A DNA stretch of 64,000 nucleotides from Ilumatobacteraceae bacterium (GTDB lineage Bacteria > Actinomycetota > Acidimicrobiia > Acidimicrobiales > Ilumatobacteraceae): NCBI GenBank assembly GCA_009691255.1, contig SHUT01000001.1:865-64864 (forward strand), written 5' to 3'. The translations under genes and the position numbers were made by a program. Every line of letters starts with the position of its first letter. The first letter of the stretch is position 1. Shown here piece by piece: positions 30,948 through 40,127 of the stretch. The notes beneath the pieces are model-generated. The model saw only the letters and a program-made list of their open reading frames with translations. It was not told the DNA's origin and searched no databases.

Positions 30948-32121
30948 CGGACGATGATGATCGCGGTGCGCGATAGAAAAGCGTGCACACACCCGCGCCC
31001 ATCGCAAGAACAGCGCTGATCGCGGCGGGTAACCATAGTCCGTTTGATTCGTAGCTCCGTGTCGAGAGAAAAGAAAATGTCGCACGACCCAGTGTGCCTG
31101 CTCCGACTACGGCTCCAAGGCTTGCCCCTGTGCTTCCGGGAACTAAATTTGCAGCAATAGGCAACAGACTGACAACGGCAAATTCAAAGCCACCCATAAA
31201 CAGAACCAACAAGATCACGCCGCTGAGCCAATGTTGCTCACCAATAGTGAGTAGCAGTGCCGACACCACCATTAATACTGCGCCGTAGACAACACTGCGT
31301 TCTTTACCCCACGTGTCGGTGCGTCGAGCACTAGTAATGCTTGCGATGAGTTCTACGAGTCCCAGGGCGATGACAACGGCGGTGATCCAACTCTTGCCAT
31401 TAAAGTTGTCTTCTAGCCACGGACCAAAGGTGATACCCAGGCTCTGGCTTGCGCCCATAAGAAAGAACGATGCACCAACAATCAATAAAGCCTTACCGCG
31501 AATGTGAACTTTCTCAGCGGTGACTGCGCTAACGCTGCTGCTTTCTTTGGGTAGTTGTCTCATCACAATGAGTGCGGTAATCAACAAAACTAATGCACCA
31601 CAGGCAAATCCAATACGCCACGATGTGAGCAGTGTGATTAGGCCCATAATGGCAACGCCAAGCAAAAGACCCAACGCCCACGATGTTTCGATGATGCCAA
31701 TCACACGACCACGTCGTTCGTAGGCGACATGTTCGTTTATCCAAGCCACCATTGAAGTGTCAAACAAAACTTTTGAGGCGCTCAAGAAAAATACGCTCGC
31801 TCCGAACATTATTGTATTAACTGCGACAGAGGCGCATAACACGCTGACAACGACGCCAAGCATTCCACATGTCATTGTGATTCTGCGGTCTCGCGTGTCA
31901 ACAGCTCTCCCGATCAAACGACTGAGTAGTCCGGCGAATTCTCCGAACATAAGTGCTAGTCCCAGAGTGCTCACTTTGACATCAAGCCCAGCTGCGATGG
32001 TGGCAATAAACGGCGGAGAAAATCTGTAGCACGCGTTTGATGTCATGCGCGCCCAAACCAACGCATCTAATCGGTCGCGCAAGATGGGGGAGTGCGACTC
32101 ATCGAGTTGGCGAGCAAACAC
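30928..32121 (-). CDS. MFS transporter
   Basis: About 12 hydrophobic segments; G..VD..DRR and D.WGK loop motifs. Confidence 0.85.
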   Translation of the reverse strand: MFARQLDESHSPILRDRLDALVWARMTSNACYRFSPPFIATIAAGLDVKVSTLGLALMFGEFAGLLSRLIGRAVDTRDRRITMTCGMLGVVVSVLCASVAVNTIMFGASVFFLSASKVLFDTSMVAWINEHVAYERRGRVIGIIETSWALGLLLGVAIMGLITLLTSWRIGFACGALVLLITALIVMRQLPKESSSVSAVTAEKVHIRGKALLIVGASFFLMGASQSLGITFGPWLEDNFNGKSWITAVVIALGLVELIASITSARRTDTWGKERSVVYGAVLMVVSALLLTIGEQHWLSGVILLVLFMGGFEFAVVSLLPIAANLVPGSTGASLGAVVGAGTLGRATFSFLSTRSYESNGLWLPAAISAVLAMGAGVCTLFYRAPRSSSSVMYIDE

Positions 32122-32123
32122 CG

Positions 32124-32738
32124 CTACAGTTCCTCGCCGACTGGGCCGTGAGTGAGCAGTTCGACAATGTCTTCGACTAGTAATGATTTTGTTCTAGCGC
32201 CAGGGGTAAGAAGAAAACGACATCCGCCCAGATTGGGGATGCGTGGATCGGTGGCTCCCAACGCACGCCGCATGACACGGATAACACCAGCGTGAGCCAC
32301 TACGAGGACCTCGCCTCCGGCACATAATTCAGAAATATCGCCAAGTGCTGCCGTGAAGCGGGTGATCAAAGAAGCATCGGACTCAAAAGACGGTGGCCTT
32401 TTGTGGCGGTCAAGCCATCCTGGCCACTGTCGTTCTATTTGGGCATGCGTGAGTCCTTGCCATTCTCCAACATCGGTCTCACGAAGTCGTGCGTCAACAA
32501 TGAGTGGTCCGATACCTATGCCGTGAGCGATGATTTGGGCGGTTTCATGTGCCCGCTGTAGATCGCTACAAGCAATCACATCAAATGTGCCAAGTTTTTC
32601 AATCGCTCGAAAGGCTTGTTGGCGTCCGTCATCTGTGAGGGGCGGGTCGGCTTGTCCCTGCCACTTCCCCAACGCATTCCACTCGCTCTCGCCATGGCGC
32701 AGAACCAGGATTCGAGTTGTTGGAGCTGATGAGGACAC
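32124..32738 (-). CDS. Histidine phosphatase (PGAM family)
   Basis: RHGESEWN, SDLQRA, LRE...G.W.G, VVAHAG. Confidence 0.92.
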   Translation of the reverse strand: MSSSAPTTRILVLRHGESEWNALGKWQGQADPPLTDDGRQQAFRAIEKLGTFDVIACSDLQRAHETAQIIAHGIGIGPLIVDARLRETDVGEWQGLTHAQIERQWPGWLDRHKRPPSFESDASLITRFTAALGDISELCAGGEVLVVAHAGVIRVMRRALGATDPRIPNLGGCRFLLTPGARTKSLLVEDIVELLTHGPVGEEL

Positions 32739-32775
32739 GACTCCTAAGGGTAGTTCGGCGAGTACGCTCAGATGC

Positions 32776-33018
32776 GTGGCTCAGATGCGTTTTTTTGCGG
32801 CGGCACGTGAGGTCGTTGGGCGGTCGACTGACGATGTGCCCGGCACAACCGTCGCCGAAGTACTGGCCGTTGCCGTTGCTCGTTACGGAGACACGTTCGC
32901 CGCAGTCTTGGCATCGAGTCGGATCTGGGTGAACGGCGAAGAAGCCGACGCCTCGAGCGTCGTGCAAGACACCGATGAATTGGCAGTTTTGCCGCCCGTC
33001 TCGGGAGGATCAGTATGA
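32776..33018 (+). CDS. moaD: MoaD/ThiS sulfur-carrier protein
   Basis: MRFFAAARE..G, WVNG, ELAVLPPVSGG followed by SV. Confidence 0.85.
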   Translation: MAQMRFFAAAREVVGRSTDDVPGTTVAEVLAVAVARYGDTFAAVLASSRIWVNGEEADASSVVQDTDELAVLPPVSGGSV

Positions 33019-33497
33019 GTGATGCAACGCGCTTGCCATTGTCAGACTTACGGGCCCAACGCAACGCCCTGCAACGCCAAGAAGACGCGGTGTCGTTTGT
33101 GCGCCGTCTTACTCAGGGACGTGTCGACCTCGTGCATGACGAAGAACGTCGCCGTGCAACAAATTCCCCCGTACCGGATGGCACACTGACGCAGCGCTTG
33201 GCGAATGTTTTTGGGCAAGAACATGGCGGCGGAAGCGCTCGACCACCACGCGAGACAGATGTTCCCGCTGACCATCCTTTGTTGGTGCAACTCGATGAAT
33301 TGTGTGCAGAATTTTCGTTTGAAAATCTTGAGTCATTGACAGATGCAGATCTAAGTTCACTTCGTGATGCCCTCACAATGTTTGAACAGAGTTGTTCGCA
33401 ACAACGCCATCAGATGTTTGAGGTAATCGATGCGCTCACGGCAGAACTCGTTGCACGGTTGCGTGATGGCGGTACGGCAGCCTTGCTGACTGACTAA
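33015..33497 (+). CDS. rsiG: RsiG/AmfC-like c-di-GMP-binding anti-sigma factor
   Basis: EDAVSFVRRLTQGRVD matches E-x3-S-x2-R-x3-Q-x3-D; second degenerate copy EQSCSQQRHQMFEVID. Confidence 0.75.
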   Translation: MSDATRLPLSDLRAQRNALQRQEDAVSFVRRLTQGRVDLVHDEERRRATNSPVPDGTLTQRLANVFGQEHGGGSARPPRETDVPADHPLLVQLDELCAEFSFENLESLTDADLSSLRDALTMFEQSCSQQRHQMFEVIDALTAELVARLRDGGTAALLTD

Positions 33498-33595
33498 TGA
33501 AATCAAGCCTAATGGCCGCACCAATTGCCTAATGAGCTGACAAATGGCGGCTCAGCCGAGCCTATTTGAGCACTCCAGGGATAGATTAAAGGCGC

Positions 33596-34807
33596 ATGCA
33601 ACGCGTGGCCGTGCTCTCATTTCATACTTCTCCACTGGTGCAGCCTGGCGTGGGCGATGGTGGCGGCATGAACGTATATGTACGCGAATTGGTATCAGCC
33701 TTGGCACATGCTGGAGTTGATTGCACCACTTACACACGAGCATGGAAACCAGATCTTGCGCCAGTGGTAAACGTGGAACCAAATCACAGAGTGGTACACA
33801 TCTCTGCTGGTGATTTTGATACACCCAAAGACTCGCTGTCGGCAATGATCCCTGAGTTCACCGACAATGTCATGCAACACATTACGGGCGCAGGGGGCAC
33901 AGATGTTCTGCATGCCAACTACTGGATGTCGGGTGTTGCTGGACACGATCTAAAGCATGCGCTTGGTGTACCGCTGGTCTCGACATTTCATACTTTTGCT
34001 CGAGTCAAAGCACAAGGTGGTGACTATGAGTCGGCGCACCGCGAACAGGCCGAAATAAGTGTCATCGGTTGTTCAGATGCAATCTGCGTGAGTTGCACCG
34101 AAGAAGAACGTCAATTTGTGTCGCTGTACGGATCACCACCCGGATCACTCGAAATAGTTGCACCCGGAGTGGAGCACGCGTTCTTTGCACCCGGTGATAA
34201 AAAGGGCGCTCGCAAAGCGCTTGGTCTTGGCGATTATCCGGTGTTGTTATTTGTTGGTCGCATTCAACCGCTCAAAGGTGTTGATGTAGCAGTAGAGGCA
34301 CTGGCAGCGCTCGATCGCAAGGATGCACATTTGTTGATTGTCGGCGGAGCAAGTGGCGCTGACGGCGATGCCTATTTTGCCGCAGTACAAGCACTCATTA
34401 CGCAACATAGTCTCAACGACCGCGTGCATTTCATTGCTCCACAGCCACATCATTTATTGTCAACGTATTACCGCGCAGCCGACGTGGTTCTAGTGCCTAG
34501 TCGCAGCGAAAGTTTTGGTCTTGTTGCTTTAGAGGCAGCAGCGTGCGGAACTCCGGTTGTAGCCAATGCAGTAGGTGGACTACTTACTGTTGTCGAGCAC
34601 GGCCGCACTGGCTTCTTGGTTGCCGATCGCAAACCAGAAATTTTTGCCAAACATATTGCCGAGATTCTCGATAATCATCACATGACAACGATGATGTCTG
34701 CCGCCGCCGCCGAACACGCCACTCGGTATACATGGAGCTTCGCTGCCGCACGTTTGCGGCGTGTGTATGCCGATCTAGCAGTACGCGATCGTGTGATCTG
34801 CGTTTAA
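33596..34807 (+). CDS. mshA: D-inositol-3-phosphate glycosyltransferase
   Basis: HTSPL.QPG.GDGGGMNVYV, GRIQPLKG, SESFGLVALEA. Confidence 0.9.
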   Translation: MQRVAVLSFHTSPLVQPGVGDGGGMNVYVRELVSALAHAGVDCTTYTRAWKPDLAPVVNVEPNHRVVHISAGDFDTPKDSLSAMIPEFTDNVMQHITGAGGTDVLHANYWMSGVAGHDLKHALGVPLVSTFHTFARVKAQGGDYESAHREQAEISVIGCSDAICVSCTEEERQFVSLYGSPPGSLEIVAPGVEHAFFAPGDKKGARKALGLGDYPVLLFVGRIQPLKGVDVAVEALAALDRKDAHLLIVGGASGADGDAYFAAVQALITQHSLNDRVHFIAPQPHHLLSTYYRAADVVLVPSRSESFGLVALEAAACGTPVVANAVGGLLTVVEHGRTGFLVADRKPEIFAKHIAEILDNHHMTTMMSAAAAEHATRYTWSFAAARLRRVYADLAVRDRVICV

Positions 34808-34828
34808 TAAAGTGAAGCAGTTGTTGAG

Positions 34829-35317
34829 ATGAGTGAATTGTTTGCAGATTCGTTTCTATTGGACTTCGAACAACGGATCGATCAGTGGCTCGAAAAATCA
34901 TCTACCAAGAACGATGCAATCGTGGCAGTCGATCGTGGTGACACTGACGAACGACGGTGGTTTGTGCGGATGCGTGGTGAAGAAAAAGAATTTACGACTA
35001 TCTGGTTGTTGCTTGGACAGCGCACACTTCGCTACGAAACATACGTCATGCCTGCTCCAGAAGAAAACGCACAAGAGTTGTATGAGTTTGCACTCCGCCA
35101 AAACGAACGCATCACGGGCGCACACTTTTCGATTGGCATCGAGGACGCCTTATTTCTGCGTGGCGAGTTGCCACTCGGGGTGCTCAGCGAGTCAGAACTA
35201 GACCGTATTATCGGCACGATGTATGCCACAGTTGAGCAATTCTTCCCGATGCTTATTCGCACGGGGTTCGCGACACGTTTTGCGCGCACCGATGCGCCGT
35301 TAGCCTCTGAAAGATGA
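34829..35317 (+). CDS. YbjN-domain protein
   Basis: Typical gene downstream of mshA; YVMPAPEEN...Y...LR.N. Confidence 0.75.
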   Translation: MSELFADSFLLDFEQRIDQWLEKSSTKNDAIVAVDRGDTDERRWFVRMRGEEKEFTTIWLLLGQRTLRYETYVMPAPEENAQELYEFALRQNERITGAHFSIGIEDALFLRGELPLGVLSESELDRIIGTMYATVEQFFPMLIRTGFATRFARTDAPLASER

Positions 35318-36108
35318 CATCTACTTCGTCCTCTTTGGCCATTATCGGAGGTGGCAACATGGGAACGGCTCTCATCGCTGGTCTCATCGCTGGTGGTGTC
35401 TCTGCTGGCTCCATCGTGGTGGTTGAAATCGACGACGAAAAACGCGATGCAGTAGCGCGACAATTCGGCGTTCGTACTTCGTCGACCATCATTTCGTGTG
35501 ACAGTGCAATCGTTGCTGTCAAACCTCAATCAGTTGTTGACGTGTGTATTGAACTTCGCAAAGTTGCAGTACAACGAGTTGTGTCAATTGCTGCTGGTAT
35601 TTCACTGGCAACTCTTGAGCGCGCGCTGGGTTCAGATATTGCAGCGATACGGGCAATGCCCAATACACCTGCGCTAGTGGGAGAGGGTGTTTCTGGATTC
35701 GCGGTCAGTGCAAACTGTTCACCAGCAGACATCGATTGGGCTGAGTCAATATTGGCTGCAGTGGGTGTTGTGGTGCGCGTGCCAGAAGAACAGATTGATG
35801 CCGTAACTGCGGTTGCTAGTTCTGGACCTGGCTATTTGTTCTTGATTGCCGAAGCCTTGATCGACGCTGGGGTGGCGCAGGGGCTCGCCCCTGACGTGGC
35901 TCAAATATTGGTCAAACAACTATTTAGGGGCTCAGGAATATTGCTGGCCCAGTCCCCAGAAACAGCCTCCACATTGCGCGAGCGAGTGACATCTCCCAAT
36001 GGCACAACGGCTGCAGGGCTGATGGTGCTTGAAAATGCCAAAATTCGCCAGATCGTAGATCAAGCAGTATCCGCCGCCGCCGCTCGTAGCCGGGAAATGG
36101 GCGCCTAG
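35314..36108 (+). CDS. proC: Pyrroline-5-carboxylate reductase
   Basis: GGGNMG, AVKP, SIAAG, RAMPNTP, VTSPNGTT. Confidence 0.96.
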   Translation: MTSTSSSLAIIGGGNMGTALIAGLIAGGVSAGSIVVVEIDDEKRDAVARQFGVRTSSTIISCDSAIVAVKPQSVVDVCIELRKVAVQRVVSIAAGISLATLERALGSDIAAIRAMPNTPALVGEGVSGFAVSANCSPADIDWAESILAAVGVVVRVPEEQIDAVTAVASSGPGYLFLIAEALIDAGVAQGLAPDVAQILVKQLFRGSGILLAQSPETASTLRERVTSPNGTTAAGLMVLENAKIRQIVDQAVSAAAARSREMGA

Positions 36109-36164
36109 GGCGCTGGTCGGTCTCTGGAAAATAATTAGCGTGACATTTTTCATAAGTACCCATT

Positions 36165-36290
36165 TGGGCGTAGGGTACAGAGGTACGAAGTCGCCGAACA
36201 GGGTTCGCCCAGTTCGAGAGTCGCGTTCCCTCGGGAACTGCGCCGACAGGGCCGATGCCATCGGGGGGTTGGCATCGGCCCTGTCGTTTA
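36165..36290 (+). ncRNA. Candidate structured ncRNA or attenuator leader
   Basis: TAGGGT -10-like hexamer, several small hairpins, then a perfect 17-bp stem followed by TTT; no credible ORF. Confidence 0.4.
36244..36289 (+). terminator. Strong hairpin (17-bp perfect stem, G6 loop)
   Basis: CGACAGGGCCGATGCCA-tcggggggt-TGGCATCGGCCCTGTCG-ttt. Confidence 0.75.
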
Positions 36291-36327
36291 GTCGCTCTGC
36301 ACAACGCATCACATTGGTAAATCAATC

Positions 36328-37191
36328 ATGAAGTACTCGCACATTTCTTTACTCACTGATTACGGAATCCAGGATGAATTTGTCGGCGTGATGAAATCCG
36401 TGATGATCGACATGGCTCCGCATGTGACGATCACTGACATCACACACGGTGTTCCGGCATTTGATATTCGTTCTGGCGGTCTCACATTGGCTAGAGCAAT
36501 TCAGTATGTTCCAAAGGGAATCGTGATTGCAGTTGTCGACCCTGGTGTTGGAACAAATCGTCGTGCGATTGCTGTTGAAGTTGCCGATGGTGACGGCATT
36601 CTGCTCGGACCAGATAATGGCTTGCTCGCACCAGCTGTTGCAATGGCGGGTGGCGCACAACGTGCATTTACTCTTACTAATACCGATCTGCATCTGCTGG
36701 CCCCCGGAAACACCTTTGCTGGGCGCGATATCTTTGCCCCTGTTGCTGCGTTCCTCTGCAACGGTGGTGAACTTTCAGAGGTAGGTGAAGAAGTTGACGC
36801 CGACCTTCTTATTCCTGGTGTCGTTCCCCTCTCCCAAGAAGAAACCCATGATGTTTATGGCGTGGGTTTGCGATGTGAAATTACTTGGATCGATTCTTTT
36901 GGCAATTGTCAACTCAACGTTGGCATCGATGACGTCGCCCACCTACCAACTCAATTGCGAGTACTCGTCGGAGAAGATATTCGCAGTATGCAGGTACTAA
37001 CTAATTTTGCTGCTATCCCAACTGGTGGAGTGGGGCTCGTTATCGATTCATACGGGATGTTGGCACTTGCTTGCGACCGTGAATCCGCTGCGGTCACACT
37101 CAATGTGGGCGCCGGAGACAGAGTGTCACTATTTGCTGGTGACAACGCCACAGGTGTGGCCAGTTCAGCAGTCTCAATCCGCCCTAAGTAG
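36328..37191 (+). CDS. SAM hydroxide adenosyltransferase / chlorinase-fluorinase family (DUF62)
   Basis: LTDYG..D.FVGVMK, VVDPGVG..RR, GPDNGLL, TFAGRDIFAP, DSFGN. Confidence 0.92.
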   Translation: MKYSHISLLTDYGIQDEFVGVMKSVMIDMAPHVTITDITHGVPAFDIRSGGLTLARAIQYVPKGIVIAVVDPGVGTNRRAIAVEVADGDGILLGPDNGLLAPAVAMAGGAQRAFTLTNTDLHLLAPGNTFAGRDIFAPVAAFLCNGGELSEVGEEVDADLLIPGVVPLSQEETHDVYGVGLRCEITWIDSFGNCQLNVGIDDVAHLPTQLRVLVGEDIRSMQVLTNFAAIPTGGVGLVIDSYGMLALACDRESAAVTLNVGAGDRVSLFAGDNATGVASSAVSIRPK

Positions 37192-37213
37192 CGCCACGCA
37201 CTACGGTAGAGAT

Positions 37214-37300
37214 ATGCGCCCTGCCACGACACTCGCCGTTGTACTTTTAATCATGGTCATCTTTGGTGCTGGCATTATTAATTTGTTGATGCTCAAATAA
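37214..37300 (+). CDS. Small single-TM protein (28 aa)
   Basis: MRPATTLAVVLLIMVIFGAGIINLLMLK; TACGGT -10 lies 6 nt upstream. Confidence 0.55.
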   Translation: MRPATTLAVVLLIMVIFGAGIINLLMLK

Positions 37301-38030
37301 TAAAATGTTGGCGCGTCCGACGCGCAGCAGTGGCGTATGTAGCCACCAAAAATCCCAGAAACAAGATGCTTATTCCGACCAGCAACGAGGCGACAAAGGC
37401 AGTGTCCTTGCCCAAACGTCCAGCCACGGTTCCGCTCGCAGACAAGACCACTGTTCCAAAAGCAATTAAAATATTTCCGCTCGCTAAGGCGCGTGGTGAC
37501 CTGACTTCCCGCGTGGCCTCAGAGGTGATGGTTGGAGACTTCCCACGCCACAGGCTGATCGCTGACCATATTGCTCCGACAAAAATAACTAGAGCCGGAA
37601 CCCCGGAGCCCACTGCTGCAAGTACTCGGGGCAGTACGCCAAAAAGTTTGCGAGCAGTGGGGAATTCGTTGGCCAGAACCGGCGCTTTCAATGGCGCCAC
37701 CAATATGACTCCGAGTGAAAAACCAGTTAAACCCAATAGCCATCGCCCCACGATGTCGCCAATACGTGTCCCCAGCAAGAGATATACGGTTCCTAATGCC
37801 AACCACGCAACATTGACGACTGCTCCCAGCGCAAAAAAAAGTCGGAACGAAGCCGCGCTCCAGCCACGAGCCTGAGCCCACCACAACGCTAATGACGCCA
37901 GGCCAAATAGTGCCATTGCCACTGTCCACGCCAAGTCTTGGCGACGGCCTCGACGCAACCAGCGGTCAAGTGTGCTCAGTCCAAAGGCGAGCGCGACCAG
38001 AGCAGATGTGGCGGCGAGTGCGGTATTCAT
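37293..38030 (-). CDS. Uncharacterised 7-TM membrane protein
   Basis: Seven hydrophobic segments, no soluble domain. Confidence 0.75.
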   Translation of the reverse strand: MNTALAATSALVALAFGLSTLDRWLRRGRRQDLAWTVAMALFGLASLALWWAQARGWSAASFRLFFALGAVVNVAWLALGTVYLLLGTRIGDIVGRWLLGLTGFSLGVILVAPLKAPVLANEFPTARKLFGVLPRVLAAVGSGVPALVIFVGAIWSAISLWRGKSPTITSEATREVRSPRALASGNILIAFGTVVLSASGTVAGRLGKDTAFVASLLVGISILFLGFLVATYATAARRTRQHFII

Positions 38031-38105
38031 CGCCAGACCTTGCGATCCTGAAGGGGATAATGAGTGCAAAAGGTCACGGCAGAAAGCCTAGATGAGTGCC
38101 CATGG

Positions 38106-38129
38106 ACTTCGTGAATGAATGCACGAAGT
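38106..38129. promoter_or_regulatory. Rex operator (ROP) upstream of rex-hem
   Basis: Palindrome ACTTCGTG-aatgaatg-CACGAAGT; core TCGTGAA-n4-TGCACGA against consensus TTGTGAA-n4-TTCACAA; abuts the TAGCGT -10. Confidence 0.8.
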
Positions 38130-38144
38130 AATAGCGTAGAGGTC

Positions 38145-38831
38145 ATGACCACCGCCTCTCGTCGTCGGATTCCCGAAGCTGCCGTGATTCGCCTTCCTCT
38201 GTATCTGCGTATTCTCAATGATCTCAGCGCCGACAATTGCACACAAATATCAAGTGATCAACTTGCAGTTCTAGCAGGGCAGAATGCCGCCAAGGTACGC
38301 AAAGACCTGTCGTATTTGGGGAGCTACGGAACCCGCGGTGTGGGCTACGACGTCTCCTATTTGCTTTATCAAATTCAACGTGAACTCGGACTGAATAAGT
38401 CATGGCCGGTCGTCATTGTTGGCGCGGGCAATTTAGGTCAAGCTCTTGGTAACTACGGCGGACTAAGCGAGCGCGGTTTTGTTGTTGCGGCAGTCGTTGA
38501 CAGTGACCCGTCAAAAGTTGGCAGCGTTGCGGGTGGCGTCCGCGTAAGTCATGTTGATGACTTGCCTCTCATTGTTCAATCAAAAGGAGTCAGTATCGGC
38601 ATTATCGCGGTTCCGGCTCAATATGCGCAGTCAGCAGCAGATCTTCTCGTGCGTGCAGGAGTGGGTTCTATTCTCAACTTTGCCCCCATCATCTTAAATT
38701 TGCCTGCAGAGATTCATATACGCAAAGTAGACATGGCGCTCGAACTGCAAATCTTGAGTTACCATGAGCAGTGTCGCATGGATGCGCGTGGAGTTGCCGT
38801 GGTGTCAGATCCAGAATCAGTAATCGCGTAG
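38145..38831 (+). CDS. rex: Redox-sensing repressor Rex
   Basis: RLPLYLR, VRKDLSYLGSYGTRGVGY, VGAGNLG, ILNFAP. Confidence 0.97.
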   Translation: MTTASRRRIPEAAVIRLPLYLRILNDLSADNCTQISSDQLAVLAGQNAAKVRKDLSYLGSYGTRGVGYDVSYLLYQIQRELGLNKSWPVVIVGAGNLGQALGNYGGLSERGFVVAAVVDSDPSKVGSVAGGVRVSHVDDLPLIVQSKGVSIGIIAVPAQYAQSAADLLVRAGVGSILNFAPIILNLPAEIHIRKVDMALELQILSYHEQCRMDARGVAVVSDPESVIA

Positions 38832-38838
38832 ACAACTC

Positions 38839-40098
38839 ATGAGCATCGTCGTAATCGGAATCAACCACCGTACAAGTCCACTCGAACTTCTTGAGCGAGT
38901 CACTATTGCCCAAGAGGCACTGCCTAAAGCGCTACATAGTTTGTCCGTGCGTGATGATGTGCGTGAAGCAGTTGTCTTGTCGACATGCAACCGCATCGAG
39001 GTGTATGCAATCACCGAACGGTTTCATGCTGCATATGCCGATATTCGAGATTTCTTCTGCGAATCAAGCGGTCTCACGCCAGATGAACTGCACCCCCACC
39101 TTTACAGTCAACATGACGAAGCAGCAATTGCGCACTTATTTGAAGTTGCATCCGGTCTTGATTCAGCAGTTGTCGGCGAAACAGAAATCCTCGGCCAAGT
39201 CGGTGACGCATGGGCAACTGCTCGCACAGAAGGTGTGGCACGAACAGCACTCAACGCACTGTTTAGGCATTCTTTAGAAGTTGGTAAACGAGCACGAACA
39301 GAAACCGGAATCAGTCGCGCGACAACCTCGGTATCGCATGCAGCAGTCGAAATGGCTCAAGAGATTTTAGGCACACTGTCGGAGCGACGCGTTCTTGTTG
39401 TGGGGGCTGGCGGAATGGGAGAAGGCGTGGCAAGTGCATTACTGCGCGCTGGCGCGTCAAGCATTACGGTCATGAATCGCACCGAGTCACGGGCACATGA
39501 TTTAGCACAACGCATTGACGCCAAAGTTGCATCAATGGAAGATCTCGAAGAAGAGTTGTCGCGTGCAGATGTTGTGTTGGCCTGCACGGGTGCTGGGCAA
39601 GCAGTGATCACTGCCGATGCACTTGCCCGCGCAAGAACAGCAGTCACAACTCCACTGTTGATCGTAGACATTGCGCTCCCACGCGACGTCGAGCCTGCGT
39701 CATCGCGTCTTGATGGAGTCACTCTGCGAGATCTTGGAGATCTCAGCGATTGGGCGTCTCATGGGGTCGAACAGAGGGCTGGCGAAGCGGCAAAAGTTCG
39801 TGACATCGTGGGTCAAGAGGTCGAGCGATTCATCGTTGATTCTGTCGCACGTCAAGCAGCACCCCTTATCTCTCAACTTCGCGAAGTTGCAGAGCGTGTG
39901 CGCCAAGAAGAACTCACTCGCTACGCCCATCGCCTTGAAGACCTCACCGCTGACCAGCAAGAGGTGGTCGAATCGCTGACCCGCGGGATACTTGCCAAGC
40001 TGTTGCATTCGCCCTCAGTCCAACTTAAAGATGCTGCTGGAACTCCCCAGGGAGATCGTCTGTCAGCCGCGGTACGCGACCTCTTTGGATTGCAGTAG
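38839..40098 (+). CDS. hemA: Glutamyl-tRNA reductase
   Basis: GINHRT, STCNRIE, SGLDS.VVGETEILGQ, DIALPRD. Confidence 0.97.
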   Translation: MSIVVIGINHRTSPLELLERVTIAQEALPKALHSLSVRDDVREAVVLSTCNRIEVYAITERFHAAYADIRDFFCESSGLTPDELHPHLYSQHDEAAIAHLFEVASGLDSAVVGETEILGQVGDAWATARTEGVARTALNALFRHSLEVGKRARTETGISRATTSVSHAAVEMAQEILGTLSERRVLVVGAGGMGEGVASALLRAGASSITVMNRTESRAHDLAQRIDAKVASMEDLEEELSRADVVLACTGAGQAVITADALARARTAVTTPLLIVDIALPRDVEPASSRLDGVTLRDLGDLSDWASHGVEQRAGEAAKVRDIVGQEVERFIVDSVARQAAPLISQLREVAERVRQEELTRYAHRLEDLTADQQEVVESLTRGILAKLLHSPSVQLKDAAGTPQGDRLSAAVRDLFGLQ

Positions 40099-40127
40099 TT
40101 CGTTGGCGGACTTCGTACGCTAGAGGC

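Noticed and set aside
33498..33595. GCCTAATG direct repeats upstream of mshA
   Set aside because: Only two exact 8-mers; too weak to call an operator
36244..36286. Assignment as 6C RNA or a known SAM riboswitch
   Set aside because: Only one C6 loop (minus strand) and no recognisable SAM-I, SAM-IV or SAH core; kept only as an unassigned candidate
36328..37191. True halogenase (fluorinase/chlorinase) biosynthetic cluster
   Set aside because: The GRD motif and housekeeping context fit a DUF62 SAM hydrolase; no biosynthetic genes nearby
37293..38030. 7-TM protein as a rhodopsin
   Set aside because: No retinal-binding Lys in helix 7 and no helix C motif
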